A DNA stretch of 63,994 nt, counting the filler, from an uncultured bacterium (GTDB lineage: Bacteria; DAOPZR01), in the NCBI GenBank assembly GCA_964637655.1. It is 3 parts of 3 records of this genome, joined end to end, with 100 filler letters (N's around TTAATTAATTAA, not from the genome) between each part and the next. Parts side by side here need not be neighbours in the genome. Positions count along the whole stretch, not along the records: positions 1 to 23,308 come from CAZWUZ010000021.1; positions 23,409 to 46,661 come from CAZWUZ010000022.1; 1 more part is not named here. The stretch is one strand, 5' to 3'. The translations under genes were made by a program, and so were the position numbers. How positions within the stretch are numbered: the stretch's first letter is position 1; every line of letters starts with the position of its first letter. The notes under the pieces were generated by a model. It did not search any database. It was not told the origin of the DNA and worked only from the letters and a program-made list of their open reading frames with translations. Below are positions 17,721-26,729 of this stretch, piece after piece.

Positions 17721-19262
17721 TTACTGCGCGCGGACGTAGCGGTTGTCCGACGGCGGCGTCACCGTGCCGCGGCGCGCCGCATCCTCCGACATCTCGCGCA
17801 GCTTGATACCCGTGTCGCGGTAGGTGCGCCCCTGGCCGAAGATGCCGTGCCCGTCGCCGCCCCCCGCGATGAAGTTGTTGGTCACCACCGTGTAGCGGCG
17901 TGTGTCCTGCAGCGGCTGTCCATTGACGAGGAGGCGCTGCACGCGCACTTCACCGACCGCCGGCCCGGTCGCGTACGTCACCTGCAAGCCCGAGGTTTCG
18001 AGGAAGAAACGCTGCTGGCTGAGTGCGTAGGCGACGACGCCGCGCACCTGTGCCCCGGTGAGTGACACGGTTGCCAGCGTATTGTCGAAGGGGGATGCCT
18101 CATAGAGGTGGCGGACAGTGATGTCGCCCGCGGGGATGTCGGCGCGGATGCCGGTGCGGTTATGGAAAGCAATGTCCGCGCGCGCGGTCGTGCGCATCAG
18201 GTCGCACAGCCAGTTGCCGAGCGTCGAGGAGGCAGCTCCCGGGCCGAGGTCGCGGCGGGTCAGCGGGCCCGTGGTGCGGCCCAGCACGGTAGCCATGCGC
18301 TGTGCCACCGGGTCGGTCCAGCGCGCAACGCGCGCGGCAAAGGCCGGGTCAGCAGCAGGGAGCCCCGCTGCGTCCGGCAGCAGCGGCACCAGTTCGCCGC
18401 GGAAACCCGCGATACGGCGCGTGGCGCGGTCGAAATCAAGATCGAGCTTGCCCAGGTGCGTGTTCTTCCCCCCGGCCTGCACGACGATGACCCCGGTGAC
18501 CGGATCGACATAGGGCACGTCGGTGTACGTGTGGCTGTGCCCGCCGAGGATAACGTCGAGTTCGGGGAATTCCGCCGCCAGCTGCTTGTCGACTTCCATG
18601 CCGCTGTGCGACAGGCAGATGAGGATATCGCATTTGCCGCGCAGCGCGGCCACCGCGTAGCGTGTTGCCGCCAGCTCGTCGCCGACGGTGAGCACGCCGC
18701 GGATGTCACCCGAGGTGGTGGTGGCGACTTCCTTCGTCAGCAGGCCGAAGGCGATGATGCGGATGCCGTCGATATCCTGCTGCCAGCAGTCGTGCGCCAG
18801 CCAGTCAGGGCGGCGCTGCGTGGCAACCTGTTCGACGTTATATGCCAGCACGGGGAACTGTGCCGCGCGCACGATGCGCTGCAGGTTGGTAAGGCCGAAA
18901 TCAAACTCGTGGTTGCCGAGCGCCGCGGCGTCATACTGCAGCGCGTTGAACAGGTCAACCACGCCCTCGCCTTTGCTTTCGTTGCCTTCGGGAGTCCCTT
19001 GAAACCAGTCGCCGGTGTTGAACAGGAGCGTGCGGTTGGGATTCTCCGCGCGGAACTTCGCGATATAGCGCGACAGGGTGAGAAAGCCACCCTGCTCGTG
19101 TGTGCTGCCGTCGGCATTGACCGTGACCCCGGGAAGCAGCGCCCCGTGCAGATCGTTGTTGTGCAGGATGGTCAGGGTGACGACTGATTCGCTGCGCGGC
19201 TGGCAGGCGAAAGCCGCCAGGGCGGTAAGCAGCAGCAGCAGCGGCAGTAAGCGCTTAGTCAC
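17721..19262 (-). CDS. Bifunctional 5'-nucleotidase/UDP-sugar hydrolase (UshA family), probable lipoprotein
   Basis: LHNNDLHG, TGDWFQG, LGNHEFDFG, LSHSG, GGHSH, NRTGIR, PFDN; lipobox-like AFAC; GTG19262 has SD GAGGAGG (alternative ATG19271). Confidence 0.9.
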   Translation of the reverse strand: MTKRLLPLLLLLTALAAFACQPRSESVVTLTILHNNDLHGALLPGVTVNADGSTHEQGGFLTLSRYIAKFRAENPNRTLLFNTGDWFQGTPEGNESKGEGVVDLFNALQYDAAALGNHEFDFGLTNLQRIVRAAQFPVLAYNVEQVATQRRPDWLAHDCWQQDIDGIRIIAFGLLTKEVATTTSGDIRGVLTVGDELAATRYAVAALRGKCDILICLSHSGMEVDKQLAAEFPELDVILGGHSHTYTDVPYVDPVTGVIVVQAGGKNTHLGKLDLDFDRATRRIAGFRGELVPLLPDAAGLPAADPAFAARVARWTDPVAQRMATVLGRTTGPLTRRDLGPGAASSTLGNWLCDLMRTTARADIAFHNRTGIRADIPAGDITVRHLYEASPFDNTLATVSLTGAQVRGVVAYALSQQRFFLETSGLQVTYATGPAVGEVRVQRLLVNGQPLQDTRRYTVVTNNFIAGGGDGHGIFGQGRTYRDTGIKLREMSEDAARRGTVTPPSDNRYVRAQ

Positions 19263-19386
19263 GGGGTTCATCCTCCTCGCGGTCGTCGAACAGGTCATCG
19301 GTGTCATCGCCGGTCGCGCCGGCAAACCACAGGTAGAGCCCGACCAGCGCGCAGAGCACCAGCAGGGTCAGCGCGGGGGTAGCCAT
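19255..19386 (-). CDS. Unannotated 43-aa single-TM microprotein (MATPALTLLVLCALVGLYLWFAGATGDDTDDLFDDREEDEPRD)
   Basis: Manual translation; ATG overlaps rpiB stop (TGATG) and stop overlaps nucleotidase start. Confidence 0.6.
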   Translation of the reverse strand: MATPALTLLVLCALVGLYLWFAGATGDDTDDLFDDREEDEPRD

Positions 19387-19841
19387 CAGCAGCCCTTCAG
19401 GTAGTGCCGCTCGATGGCGAGCACCTTGTCGACGCGCGGCTGATGTCGTCCGCCGGCGAACGGGGTCTCGATAAAGAGGCGCACAATATCGCGCGCCTTG
19501 GCCGCGGCCAGCGTCGAGGCGCCGAGCGTCAGCATGTTGGCGTCGTTATGTTCCTTCGCCGAGCGCGCGGTGAACTCGTCGGCGCAGGGGGTGCAGCGGA
19601 TGCCGGGAACCTTGTTGGCGGCGATGGCGGAGGCCACGCCTGTCCCGTCGATCATGATGCCGTAGGTATATTCGCCGCGCGCGACGGCGGCGGCGACGAG
19701 ATGCGCGAAATCGGGATAGTCGCACGCGGTGGTGCTGTGCGTGCCGAAGTCCTTGACCGCGTACCCCTTGTCGAGCAGGTATTTTTTGATGTCTTCCTTG
19801 AGCGGGAACCCGCCGTGGTCGGAACCGATAACAATCTGCAT
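19386..19841 (-). CDS. rpiB: Ribose-5-phosphate isomerase B family
   Basis: IGSDHGG, DYPD, DGTGVASAIAANKVPGIR, EHNDANML, FAGGRH..RV. Confidence 0.92.
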   Translation of the reverse strand: MQIVIGSDHGGFPLKEDIKKYLLDKGYAVKDFGTHSTTACDYPDFAHLVAAAVARGEYTYGIMIDGTGVASAIAANKVPGIRCTPCADEFTARSAKEHNDANMLTLGASTLAAAKARDIVRLFIETPFAGGRHQPRVDKVLAIERHYLKGC

Positions 19842-19851
19842 GGTTGCGCTC

Positions 19852-20100
19852 CTACCCCGCGATCAGCTTGATGCCGTTGGCTTCGGCCAGTTCGCGCGCG
19901 GACGGGGTGATGACTGCCTTGAGCGTCACCCTGATTTCCTTCGCCCCCTGCTTCATGGCGGCGCGCACCTTGCTCTCGGTCAGCACTTTGCAGGCGCTGC
20001 TGCCGCCGCGCGCGGGAACGACCCGCCCGGCGGCCGCGAGATGTTTCCTGACTTCTTCCGTCACGATGCGCACGAGGCGCTCGCGGTCGTTGGTGTTCAT
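19852..20100 (-). CDS. Small BMC-associated protein with encapsulation peptide
   Basis: N-term ERLVRIVTEEVRKHL; C-term VLTESKV...AVITPSARE domain typical of BMC loci. Confidence 0.7.
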   Translation of the reverse strand: MNTNDRERLVRIVTEEVRKHLAAAGRVVPARGGSSACKVLTESKVRAAMKQGAKEIRVTLKAVITPSARELAEANGIKLIAG

Positions 20101-20112
20101 GGGCTCCCTTTC

Positions 20113-20664
20113 CTACAGCAGCGCGCGCGCCACGTCGGCGTGCGGCGACGGAATGATGACGGAACTGAAAACGGTACCCTCGTCGGCAACCTCGGCGCGG
20201 GCGGCCTTTTCCGCCGACCTGATGTCGCTGAGCGATCCGGTCATGGAGAAGAAGGACTTGCCGCCCAGCCCCTTGGCGAGGCGCACCTCAATGAGCGTGA
20301 CCGCGGCGGTCTTGACCGCGGCATCGGCGGCCAGCACGCAGGCGGCAATCGAGAAGGTCTCAAAGACGTTGACCGCCTCGAGCGACTCGACCGGGGTGGT
20401 GCCGCCGATGGCGGTGATGACGGCCGGGTCGATCTGCGGGATGACGATGTCGCCGATGACCTGCTCCTTGCCGACGGCGACGCCCGCCTTGACGCTGTCG
20501 CGCACCGCGCCCACTTCGCCGCAGATGAGAATGATGAATTTGCCCGGGCAGACGGGAAACGCGTCAATGAGTTTCACCGCGGCCCGCTTCATCATCGTGT
20601 CGAGGGTGAGCACCCCCGTGGCGATGCTGTTGAGTTCCACCAGTCCGATGGCGCTGTCGTCCAT
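20113..20664 (-). CDS. pduT: BMC-T tandem shell protein, PduT-like
   Basis: Two BMC domains; AIGLVELNSIATG, VCPGKF (pore Cys), LGGKSF. Confidence 0.88.
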   Translation of the reverse strand: MDDSAIGLVELNSIATGVLTLDTMMKRAAVKLIDAFPVCPGKFIILICGEVGAVRDSVKAGVAVGKEQVIGDIVIPQIDPAVITAIGGTTPVESLEAVNVFETFSIAACVLAADAAVKTAAVTLIEVRLAKGLGGKSFFSMTGSLSDIRSAEKAARAEVADEGTVFSSVIIPSPHADVARALL

Positions 20665-20672
20665 GCCCGTCC

Positions 20673-22007
20673 TCACTTCCTGATGGTCACGGCGCTGTCC
20701 GTGACCGCGCTGACCGTACCGTCGATACTCGCATGCACCCGCGCCCCGAGTTTGTCCGCCGGGATTTCCCCGATGACGTCACCGCGCCGCACGGCTGAAC
20801 CGGTGCTGACGGTCGCCTGCGCCGGCACCCCGACATGCTGCCTGAGCGGGATGACCACCTCGCGCACGGCGAGCGGGGTTTCGTCCAGCGGCGCCGGAAC
20901 ATCGTACTCCCCCAGATGCAGGCGCGAAATCAGCCGCTTGACCGGAATCTTGCGCATGGCGCGCAGGTCGGACGGCGCCGGCGCGTCCGTTCCCTGCGGC
21001 CCGCGGACGCCTTTTGCCGCCAGCTGTTTTTTGAGCGCGCTGTTGATGGCGCCCGGGGTCAGGTCCATCGGGCAGCCGTAGTAGGTGCAGGCCCCGCACT
21101 CGCAGCAGAGAAAGACCATCTTCAGGATGTCGTCCGAGAGGTTGACCCCGTAGCCGATGGCGCGCATCACCACGTGCGGCTTGAGGCCGTGCCCGAGCAG
21201 GTAGCGCGGGCAGACATCGGTGCAGGCGACACACTGCACGCAGGCACTGCGCGCCTTTTTCGCCTGCTGCGCGAACGACAGTTCCTTCTTGCGGATGAGG
21301 TAATGATCCGCCGGCAGCACGATGATGCCCCCGTCGGTCTTGCTGACGGGTCGGCCGGTGTCGGTCTGCACCGACCCCATCATCGGCCCGCCGGAGAGAT
21401 AGACCCATTGCCCGTCGGGAAGCGTGCTCCCCCCCGCCCGCGCGATGAGCGCGGCGACGGGGGTGCCGACCGGACAGGCAACGGTCACCGGGGTTTTGAC
21501 TGCGCCCGTCACCGTTACCCAGCGGTCGACCACCGGTGCCTGCCGGTCGACCGCCGCCGCCACCTGCATCAGCGTCGAGACATTGCTCACCACCACGCTG
21601 GCGGCGAGCGGGATGCCCCCTTCGGGGATGGTACGGCCGGTGACTTCACCGACCAGCGTCTGCTCGTCACCCGCGGGATAGAAGTTGTCGAGCAGAAACA
21701 GCTCCACCCCGCTGCGCCCGAGCGCGTCGCGCAGCGCCGCTTCCGCGTCATGGTACTTGCGCTTGAGGGCGATGACGGCGCGCTGCGCCCCCGTCGCCTC
21801 CCGGGCGAGCACCATGCCGCGCACCAGGTCGTCCGCGAACCGTGCCATCAGCTGCTGGTCGACGCGGAGCAGCGGCTCGCACTCCGCGCCGTTGGCGATG
21901 ACGGTGTCGACCCGGGCGCCGAACTTGACGTGGGTGGGAAAGCCCGCCCCGCCCGCGCCGACGATGCCGGCGGCCCGTACGGCCGCGACGATGTCAGCTG
22001 GCTGCAT
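20673..22007 (-). CDS. pduS: PduS-like Fe-S/flavin oxidoreductase (RnfC/SLBB family)
   Basis: GAGGAGFPTHVK, NGAECEPLL, YPAGDE, GGPMMG, CxxCxxCxxxCP and CCECGAC, QHVGVPA. Confidence 0.9.
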   Translation of the reverse strand: MQPADIVAAVRAAGIVGAGGAGFPTHVKFGARVDTVIANGAECEPLLRVDQQLMARFADDLVRGMVLAREATGAQRAVIALKRKYHDAEAALRDALGRSGVELFLLDNFYPAGDEQTLVGEVTGRTIPEGGIPLAASVVVSNVSTLMQVAAAVDRQAPVVDRWVTVTGAVKTPVTVACPVGTPVAALIARAGGSTLPDGQWVYLSGGPMMGSVQTDTGRPVSKTDGGIIVLPADHYLIRKKELSFAQQAKKARSACVQCVACTDVCPRYLLGHGLKPHVVMRAIGYGVNLSDDILKMVFLCCECGACTYYGCPMDLTPGAINSALKKQLAAKGVRGPQGTDAPAPSDLRAMRKIPVKRLISRLHLGEYDVPAPLDETPLAVREVVIPLRQHVGVPAQATVSTGSAVRRGDVIGEIPADKLGARVHASIDGTVSAVTDSAVTIRK

Positions 22008-22093
22008 TACCTCGCTCCCGCGGACGGGCACTCAGGCGTCCGTCCGCGCCTGCCGGCGTCATGCCGGCAGGCGGCCTGCGGTGTCACGACGGC

Positions 22094-22384
22094 TTACTTG
22101 CCGCCCTTCAGCGAGATCGCGTAGATGCTCTCCAGCGCCTGATGCGGGCGCGGGATGACATGGACTGCCACGAGCTCGCCGACCTTCTCCGCCGCCGCCG
22201 CACCCGCGTCGACTGCCGCCTTGCAGGCCGCCACGTCGCCGCGCACGAACGCCGTCACGTACGCCGAGCCGATCTTCTCCCAGCCGCACAGTTCGACTTT
22301 CGCCGCCTTGACCATCGCGTCGCTCGCCTCGATCAGCGAGATCATCCCCTTCGTTTCAATCATACCCAATGCCTCGTTGCTCAT
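22094..22384 (-). CDS. BMC-H hexameric shell protein (PduA/EutM-like)
   Basis: [35 protein letters not shown]. Confidence 0.95.
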   Translation of the reverse strand: MSNEALGMIETKGMISLIEASDAMVKAAKVELCGWEKIGSAYVTAFVRGDVAACKAAVDAGAAAAEKVGELVAVHVIPRPHQALESIYAISLKGGK

Positions 22385-22442
22385 TGCACCCTCCATTGCC
22401 CGGCTCTGCCGGGGAGATAGTCACCTGCGCCGCCGACGTACG

Positions 22443-23093
22443 TCAGCGGACGATTGTCACCAGCGTGTCGTTCTGCAGTCCCGCCGCGTTCCCCTCGTCG
22501 GTATCGACGTGGAACTCGGTGGCGTGCTCCGGGGTGCAGCGCACCAGCACTTCGCGGAAGCGCAGGCCGCGTTCGCCCGGCACCTCGATGTCCACCAGGG
22601 CCTGGTCCTTCAGGCCGAGCACGACCCCGTCAGCGGGTGCGAGGTGCAGGTGGCGCGCCGCGACGATACAGCCGTGGTCGAGCGTGACGGCGCCCTGCGG
22701 GCCGACGAGCACGATGCCGGGCGTCCCCTTGAGGTTGCCCGACTGGCGCACCGGGGCGTCGATACCGAGCGCGAAGGCGTCGGTGCGGGAGAGTTCCACC
22801 TGCGTCTCCTTGCGCTCAGGTCCGAGCACGCGCACGCGGGCGAGCGTCCCTTTCGGCCCGACCAGCGTGACCGTCTCCTCCGCCGCAAACTGCCCCGGCT
22901 GTTTGAGCTCCTTGAACTTTTTCAGCTGATGCGTGGTGCCGAACAGCGCCTTGAGGTCCTTCACCGACAGGTGGACATGGCGCGCGGAAATACCCGTCGG
23001 CACCGCCTCGGGCGGGCGGACGCCCGCCCCCGGCAGCTGCGCGAGGACTTCGCGGACGAGTGAACGGATCAGTTCTTCGTCAAGCGTCTTCAT
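22443..23093 (-). CDS. pduL: Phosphate acyltransferase PduL with encapsulation peptide
   Basis: SARHVHL, QPGQFA, VRVLGP, TQVELSRTD, RHLHL, HVDTDEGNAA; N-term EELIRSLVREVLAQL. Confidence 0.93.
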   Translation of the reverse strand: MKTLDEELIRSLVREVLAQLPGAGVRPPEAVPTGISARHVHLSVKDLKALFGTTHQLKKFKELKQPGQFAAEETVTLVGPKGTLARVRVLGPERKETQVELSRTDAFALGIDAPVRQSGNLKGTPGIVLVGPQGAVTLDHGCIVAARHLHLAPADGVVLGLKDQALVDIEVPGERGLRFREVLVRCTPEHATEFHVDTDEGNAAGLQNDTLVTIVR

Positions 23094-23115
23094 CCGTACC
23101 GGTTTCACCTTTCGG

Positions 23116-23155
23116 ATACCATAGCCATATATCATAGCCGGAAAGTTACTGTCAA
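23116..23155 (-). promoter_or_regulatory. Putative BMC operon promoter with tandem direct repeat
   Basis: Minus strand TTGACA followed by GGCTATGATAT and GGCTATGGTAT; exact -10 ambiguous. Confidence 0.5.
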
Positions 23156-23308
23156 TATGTATCCGTACAACGGGAACAGTGTCGCTGCGCGCTACGTGAA
23201 GGAAATCAGCGAGGTGTAGCGGTGGCGCTGCGTGCTGCCGGCAAGCCAGGCGCCGCCCCCCCGCACCCACGCGGGGGCGGGCCTGGGGTAAGCGGCGCGG
23301 GCCGCACC

Positions 23309-23408
23309 NNNNNNNNNNNNNNNNNNNNNNNNNNNNNNNNNNNNNNNNNNNNTTAATTAATTAANNNNNNNNNNNNNNNNNNNNNNNNNNNNNNNNNNNN
23401 NNNNNNNN
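23309..23408. other. Artificial contig linker (N44-TTAATTAATTAA-N44)
   Basis: N-run with all-frame stop linker. Confidence 0.97.
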
Positions 23409-24665
23409 CGCCGCTGGCTGCTGCCGGCGCTTGGTCTCGCGCTGCTGCTGCTGCTCGCGCTGGTGGGGTTCCGCTACGGGCCGAAACTGGCGGCGCGCCT
23501 GCTGCTGACCGCGCCGCCGGCAGTCGCCGACGGGCGGGCGGCGGTTGCCGCCGCCCTGGCCGCGGGGGACTGGGTGCAGGCGCAGGAACTGCTCACGGCC
23601 GCGCGCGGTGAGCCGTGGGTGGCGCAGGCGCGCCTGGCGTTCATGGTTCGTCGTGATCCGCAGGAACTGCGGGGGCGCCTGCTGCGGGAAAGCGAACCGG
23701 AGGAGTTGAACCGCGTGCTGGTCATCGGTGCCGAGCCGGTATGGGTGGCGCTGCATGCGGCGGTGGACAGCGTCGCGGCCGCGACCGTCGGCACCCGGGT
23801 GCGCGCGCTCGAAGAGCAGATGGCCCGGCTGGGGGCCGCATCAGCCGCCGGCGAAGAAGAGCAGGTGACCGGGTTGTGGCATGCGGTGACCGGCACCCTT
23901 GAATATTTCCGTGCCATCGACGCGGAACGCTGTGCCGCAGCGGTGGCGGCGGTGCGGCAGGTAACGGTCTGGCGTGACGAAGTTGCGCCCACGGCGGTGC
24001 ATTTGTGGCTGGCGGCGCTGCCCGGCAGCACTCCTGCCGGCGGGTGGACGGGCGAGGCCGCCGGTGGGGCGCTGACCCGTATCGAATCGGCCCTGGGCGC
24101 GCAGCCCGAGCCGTCGCGCTGGCTGCCGGCCGACCGTGAGCGGGCGCTCACGGTGCTGCGCGTACTGGCAGCCGGTGACAGCACGGCGCCCGTGCGGGCC
24201 GGGACGGCCACCTACGCCGACGCGCTGGCGGTGCCGCCGACGGTGGCTGCGGGGACGCTGATCGACTGGCCGGCAACCATTATCACCTGCGAGGTCGCGC
24301 CGGGCGGTCAGCCGTTTGCCGCGGTGGCGGACGGGGGCACCGCCGTGCAGGGTGATTACCGCCTGCAGGTGGCGGTGGCGGGTACCGATTCCGGCAGTGT
24401 GCGCATGGCGGTCGCCCTGTTTGCCGGCAACCTGCCGGCGGCGGTCACGCGGGCGGCACATCTCCGCCTGCTGGCGGTTTTTGCCGGGTTGACCCCGTTC
24501 ACCGACCGCGACGGGGTGCTGCGCCGGGTGCCGCTGCTCGAAGTGCAGTGCCTGACGCTGCCCGACGCAACGGTGTTCCCGGCCGGGCAGTCGGGAAACC
24601 TTACCCCTGCCGCGCGCGCACGACAGCTGCTGCTGCGCCTCGCCCCGCCGTCGCCCGCCGTCTGA
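23409..24665 (+). CDS. Hypothetical membrane-anchored protein (5'-truncated by gap)
   Basis: Long ORF with host-like codon usage; no recognised motif. Confidence 0.55.
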   Translation, partial: RRWLLPALGLALLLLLALVGFRYGPKLAARLLLTAPPAVADGRAAVAAALAAGDWVQAQELLTAARGEPWVAQARLAFMVRRDPQELRGRLLRESEPEELNRVLVIGAEPVWVALHAAVDSVAAATVGTRVRALEEQMARLGAASAAGEEEQVTGLWHAVTGTLEYFRAIDAERCAAAVAAVRQVTVWRDEVAPTAVHLWLAALPGSTPAGGWTGEAAGGALTRIESALGAQPEPSRWLPADRERALTVLRVLAAGDSTAPVRAGTATYADALAVPPTVAAGTLIDWPATIITCEVAPGGQPFAAVADGGTAVQGDYRLQVAVAGTDSGSVRMAVALFAGNLPAAVTRAAHLRLLAVFAGLTPFTDRDGVLRRVPLLEVQCLTLPDATVFPAGQSGNLTPAARARQLLLRLAPPSPAV

Positions 24666-24666
24666 A

Positions 24667-25635
24667 CTACAGCAGTGTGGTCGCGCGTTGCTGCAGGACG
24701 TCGCTGACCGTCAGCCCCTGCTGTGCGCAGGCCTGCCGGTTGACGTAGACCCGGTACCGGCGGCAGGGGCGCAGCGGCAGGTCGCGCAGCGGCGTGCCGC
24801 GCAGCAGCTGCGCCGCCACGGTGCCGCTCTGGTAGCCCCAGTCCGCATAATCGAGACCCCAGCCGACCGCCGCCCCGTGCTGCGCCATGTTTGCTTCCGA
24901 GGTGAAGACCGGTATTTTTTTCTCCGTCGCGATCCGCGCGAGTACGGGCAGACCGTTATAGACGACGTTGTCGGCGGCCGCGACGAATGCCTGCACGTCC
25001 TGCGCCGCCAGCGCAGTGGCGGCGTCGGTCAGGTCGTTGACCGAGTTGACCGGCAGGCGAACCAGCGTGATGCCCGCGTCAGCGCAGGCGGCCGCCAGCC
25101 CGTCGGCGGCGAGCGCCGCGTTCGGCTCGCCCGGGCAGGTGAGCAGCCCGAGTTTGTGGACCGGCACGTTGAGGGCGAGACGGATGACCGCGACGAATTC
25201 AGCCATCTCCACCGGCTCGTACCAGCCGGTCAGGCTGGCAGGCACGGTGCGCAGCCCGACCCGGTCCGGCGGCGAAGCGATGGTGCAGACCACCGGCGGC
25301 GGGTCGCTCAGCCCGGCGGTGGCGTGCGCCGCGGCGAGCATGCACGGCGTCGTGCTGGTGGCGATGAGCGCGACCCGCCTGTCAAGGAACCCCTGCATGA
25401 TGGCGGGGAGCAGCGCCTGATCACCCTGCGCGCAGCGGTAGTCGAGCACGTAGTCGCGGCCGGCGACCAGCCCGCTGTCGGTCAGCGCCTGCAGGAAGCC
25501 GGCGCGTCCCGCGTCGAGCTGCGCGTCCTCAAGCAGTTGCACGAAGCCGACCACCGGCAACCCGGCGTCGGCAGCGGGGTTGCCGCATCCGGCCAGTGCG
25601 GCACCGACGAGCAGCAGCGCGAACAATGAACGCAT
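24667..25635 (-). CDS. ABC transporter substrate-binding lipoprotein (ABC_sub_bind type)
   Basis: Lipobox LAGC; AQGD, EPNA, ADNVV, IPVFTSE, GLDYADWG. Confidence 0.85.
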   Translation of the reverse strand: MRSLFALLLVGAALAGCGNPAADAGLPVVGFVQLLEDAQLDAGRAGFLQALTDSGLVAGRDYVLDYRCAQGDQALLPAIMQGFLDRRVALIATSTTPCMLAAAHATAGLSDPPPVVCTIASPPDRVGLRTVPASLTGWYEPVEMAEFVAVIRLALNVPVHKLGLLTCPGEPNAALAADGLAAACADAGITLVRLPVNSVNDLTDAATALAAQDVQAFVAAADNVVYNGLPVLARIATEKKIPVFTSEANMAQHGAAVGWGLDYADWGYQSGTVAAQLLRGTPLRDLPLRPCRRYRVYVNRQACAQQGLTVSDVLQQRATTLL

Positions 25636-25665
25636 CACGGGCACTCCTGCCGGCAGGATGCCTGT

Positions 25666-25729
25666 ATGATACGCACGAATGACTGTTTCGTCAAGGCGCA
25701 TTGACGCTGCTGCGAAGCGGTGGTAGGAT
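25666..25729. promoter_or_regulatory. Back-to-back divergent sigma70 promoters
   Basis: Minus: TTGACG-N17-TATCAT; plus: TTGACG-N17-TAGGAT; the -35 boxes form CGTCAA-N6-TTGACG. Confidence 0.65.
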
Positions 25730-25751
25730 GGCTGTGGACGGAGGTACAGCG

Positions 25752-25940
25752 ATGGTGTCAGCGGAGGACCGGGCGGAAATCAGCGCGCAGGGCGGCGCGC
25801 GTCTGCAGGCCTGTGGCGAGGTGACAGAACTGGCGCTGACCCTGCGTCTGGCGGTGCTCCAGCGCCAGTACCCGGAACTGCCACCGGACGAAGTACGGCA
25901 GCTGCTCAATCGCGAACTGCGGGAGAAGCGGACCCCGTGA
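25752..25940 (+). CDS. Small protein, partner of downstream nucleotidyltransferase
   Basis: SD GGAGG before ATG25752; GTGA overlap with next gene; LQRQYPELPPDEV. Confidence 0.6.
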   Translation: MVSAEDRAEISAQGGARLQACGEVTELALTLRLAVLQRQYPELPPDEVRQLLNRELREKRTP

Positions 25941-26458
25941 CGGCAAACCTGCTGACGGACACGCTGGTCACGGTGGTTGCGGCGCTGGCGCGACATGATA
26001 TTCCGTACGCCCTGGCCGGCGGCCTGGCGTTCAGCGCGCTGGCCGAACCGCGGGCGACGACGGACATCGACCTTATCTGCCTGCTCGATGAGGAACATGC
26101 GCCGGCGGTATTCCGCTGTCTGCAGGAGGCGCTGCCCGGGCTTATCGTCAATCCGCAGGTGATGCGCTTTGCCCGGGCGACCATCCGGCGCGCGGTGTAT
26201 CTGGCGGGCGCACGGGAAGTGATTATCGACCTTATCACGGCGCATGACCGTGTGTTCATGGCTACGGCACTGGAACGGGGAATGACCCTGACGGTTGCCG
26301 GACAGCCGCTGCGGGTGGTGACCCCCGAGGATCTCATCGTGCTGAAAACCTGGGCGGGACGCCCGCAGGATGCGCTCGATATTGCCGCTTTGCGCGCGCG
26401 CTACGGGACGTCGCTTGACGAAGAGTATCTGTGTCGCTGGCTGGGGAGGAGCGGTTGA
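25937..26458 (+). CDS. Nucleotidyltransferase (DUF2204/AbiEii-like)
   Basis: YALAGGLA..PRATTDIDL, PEDLIVLK..AGRPQDALDI. Confidence 0.8.
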   Translation: MTANLLTDTLVTVVAALARHDIPYALAGGLAFSALAEPRATTDIDLICLLDEEHAPAVFRCLQEALPGLIVNPQVMRFARATIRRAVYLAGAREVIIDLITAHDRVFMATALERGMTLTVAGQPLRVVTPEDLIVLKTWAGRPQDALDIAALRARYGTSLDEEYLCRWLGRSG

Positions 26459-26709
26459 CACGGCACTTCTGGCTGCGGCATGGCCTGCTGGGTATCGCTT
26501 CCTGCGGGCTGGTGATTGCCTGGATGCTGAATGAACCGTGGTGCAGCAGCTACCTGTTGACGACATTCCCTGTGCTGTATAACGGTCCGTACCTTGAACT
26601 GGTTTTTGTCGTGGGGGGCGTCTCACTCATGCTGCTGCCGGTACAGGGAATCATCTACGCGGCAGCATGGTGCGAGCGGTATGCGGACACCGCAGGCCGG
26701 CAGCAGTGA
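26455..26709 (+). CDS. Small two-TM hypothetical protein
   Basis: TTG overlapping upstream stop with SD GGGGAGGA; two hydrophobic segments. Confidence 0.4.
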   Translation: MTRHFWLRHGLLGIASCGLVIAWMLNEPWCSSYLLTTFPVLYNGPYLELVFVVGGVSLMLLPVQGIIYAAAWCERYADTAGRQQ

Positions 26710-26729
26710 TGTTTGCTGCCGGCCGCTGA

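Noticed and set aside
23353-23364. TTAATTAATTAA as a biological motif (also 46706-46717)
   Set aside because: Centred in 100-nt N-blocks; an artificial contig linker, so gene linkage across it is not evidence
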